64,000 bases of DNA from Mobula hypostoma. Taxonomy: Eukaryota. Position 1 is the stretch's first letter. Each line of letters begins with the position of its first letter. Where the stretch lies: NCBI RefSeq assembly GCF_963921235.1, contig NC_086097.1, forward strand, positions 157,172,001 through 157,236,000, in the 5' to 3' direction. Shown here piece by piece: positions 62,946 through 64,000 of the stretch. A program made the position numbers and the translations under genes. The notes beneath the pieces were generated by a model. That model worked only from the letters and a program-made list of their open reading frames with translations. It searched no databases and had not been told where the DNA came from.

Positions 62946-64000
62946 CTGCTTGTCCTCAGCCTTCAGAAATATTAACATAAGCATGGACTACTGAAATAAA
63001 TAATCCATTACAAAAATTGCCCCAGTTATCCAAGAGTCTGCAATCGGAAATCTTGCTGTAAATGTCAAGGATTAGCTAGAATCAGTAGAGATACACAGCT
63101 GGAGAAGATTTTAAGACTTGTTATTTTTCCCACCTAACATTCTGGGTACAGAAACAGTTTTCACACCTGAAATTCAATTTAAATGAAAAGTGTAACCAAA
63201 TATAACTACTAGAATTTTTTGACCACCCAAAACGCAATTTAGATAATGAAATTTTCATATATTAATTTCCTTTTCAAACAAATGAAGAAGATGTAGGATA
63301 GCAAGCTAAATCCTGTTTCTGAAACCACTGTTTGGATCGAGGAATGGAGAGACCACTCCTTTGGAAGCGGCGAGTGAGAGACTGTCACATGCATACACCT
63401 TCCTGTGGTAGCTGCGAGCAAGCGACTGTTGATGGCATTCCACACTCACCACAATGTTTTCAATCTTCCTCGATGCTTTAACTGGTGAGATCATAAAGCA
63501 CCATCAATGAATACTGTGGGATATAGATTAGTTACTGATACACGTAGAGGAAAACCTGGTGGAGTTTAATCAGGGCAAACGTGAGCAGTTGTATTTTGGG
63601 ACATGAAATTAAAGAAGAAGGTACACTGTTATTGTCAGCATTATTAACAACTGTGAAGTACAGCAGGATCTTGGGGTTGAAGTCCATACTGCCCTTAGCA
63701 ATCCCTTCTGAGCCCGTAAAACCACAATGGAGACAATTTATTCTCCATCCTTGAGGACTATCTACAGAGAAGAAAAATCCAATGCTGAGATGGTCATACA
63801 ACCAAATTAGAAATCCTAAATCCCTATTGATATTAGGCGAATCCTCATCATAGTGGCTGAAAAATATATTTACAGATAAGGGAAACATATTCCTACAAGA
63901 GGACCACAACTTTGTTGTTGTTTGGAGGCTTGCTTGCCCCAATAACCTGGAGAGCTATGCTGGCTGGAGTCCAATTCTTATGCTTTGGTTCCTGATAAGG

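Overview
AT-rich eukaryotic genomic DNA, not prokaryotic. The repeat inventory (CR1 LINEs with (CTATGTTT)n-type tails, V-domain and Deu-domain SINEs, abundant Rex1/Babar and Penelope copies) points to a cartilaginous fish, probably a ray; this is inference, not a database result. Over half the window is decayed, often nested, transposable elements: Rex1/Babar, CR1, L1, RTE, Penelope, Gypsy remnants and solo LTRs, SINEs, Tc1, pogo/Tigger, hAT and PIF/Harbinger. There are also two minisatellites and a 2.4-kb purine/pyrimidine-alternating microsatellite. No intact, recognisable protein-coding gene is present, and most ORF-track entries are TE debris or chance frames. Highlights: (1) short, mostly TSD-flanked fold-back elements built from two inverted Penelope terminal repeats that carry minimal type-I hammerhead ribozyme motifs (53.9-54.6 kb, 60.1 kb); (2) a phase-compatible chain of minus-strand candidate exons (22.7 to 14.8 kb) with one in-frame TGA and one homopolymer frameshift; (3) tandem repeats born inside retroelement 3' ends. 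Boundaries without a stated TSD or TIR are approximate, and family names come from motif recognition by eye.
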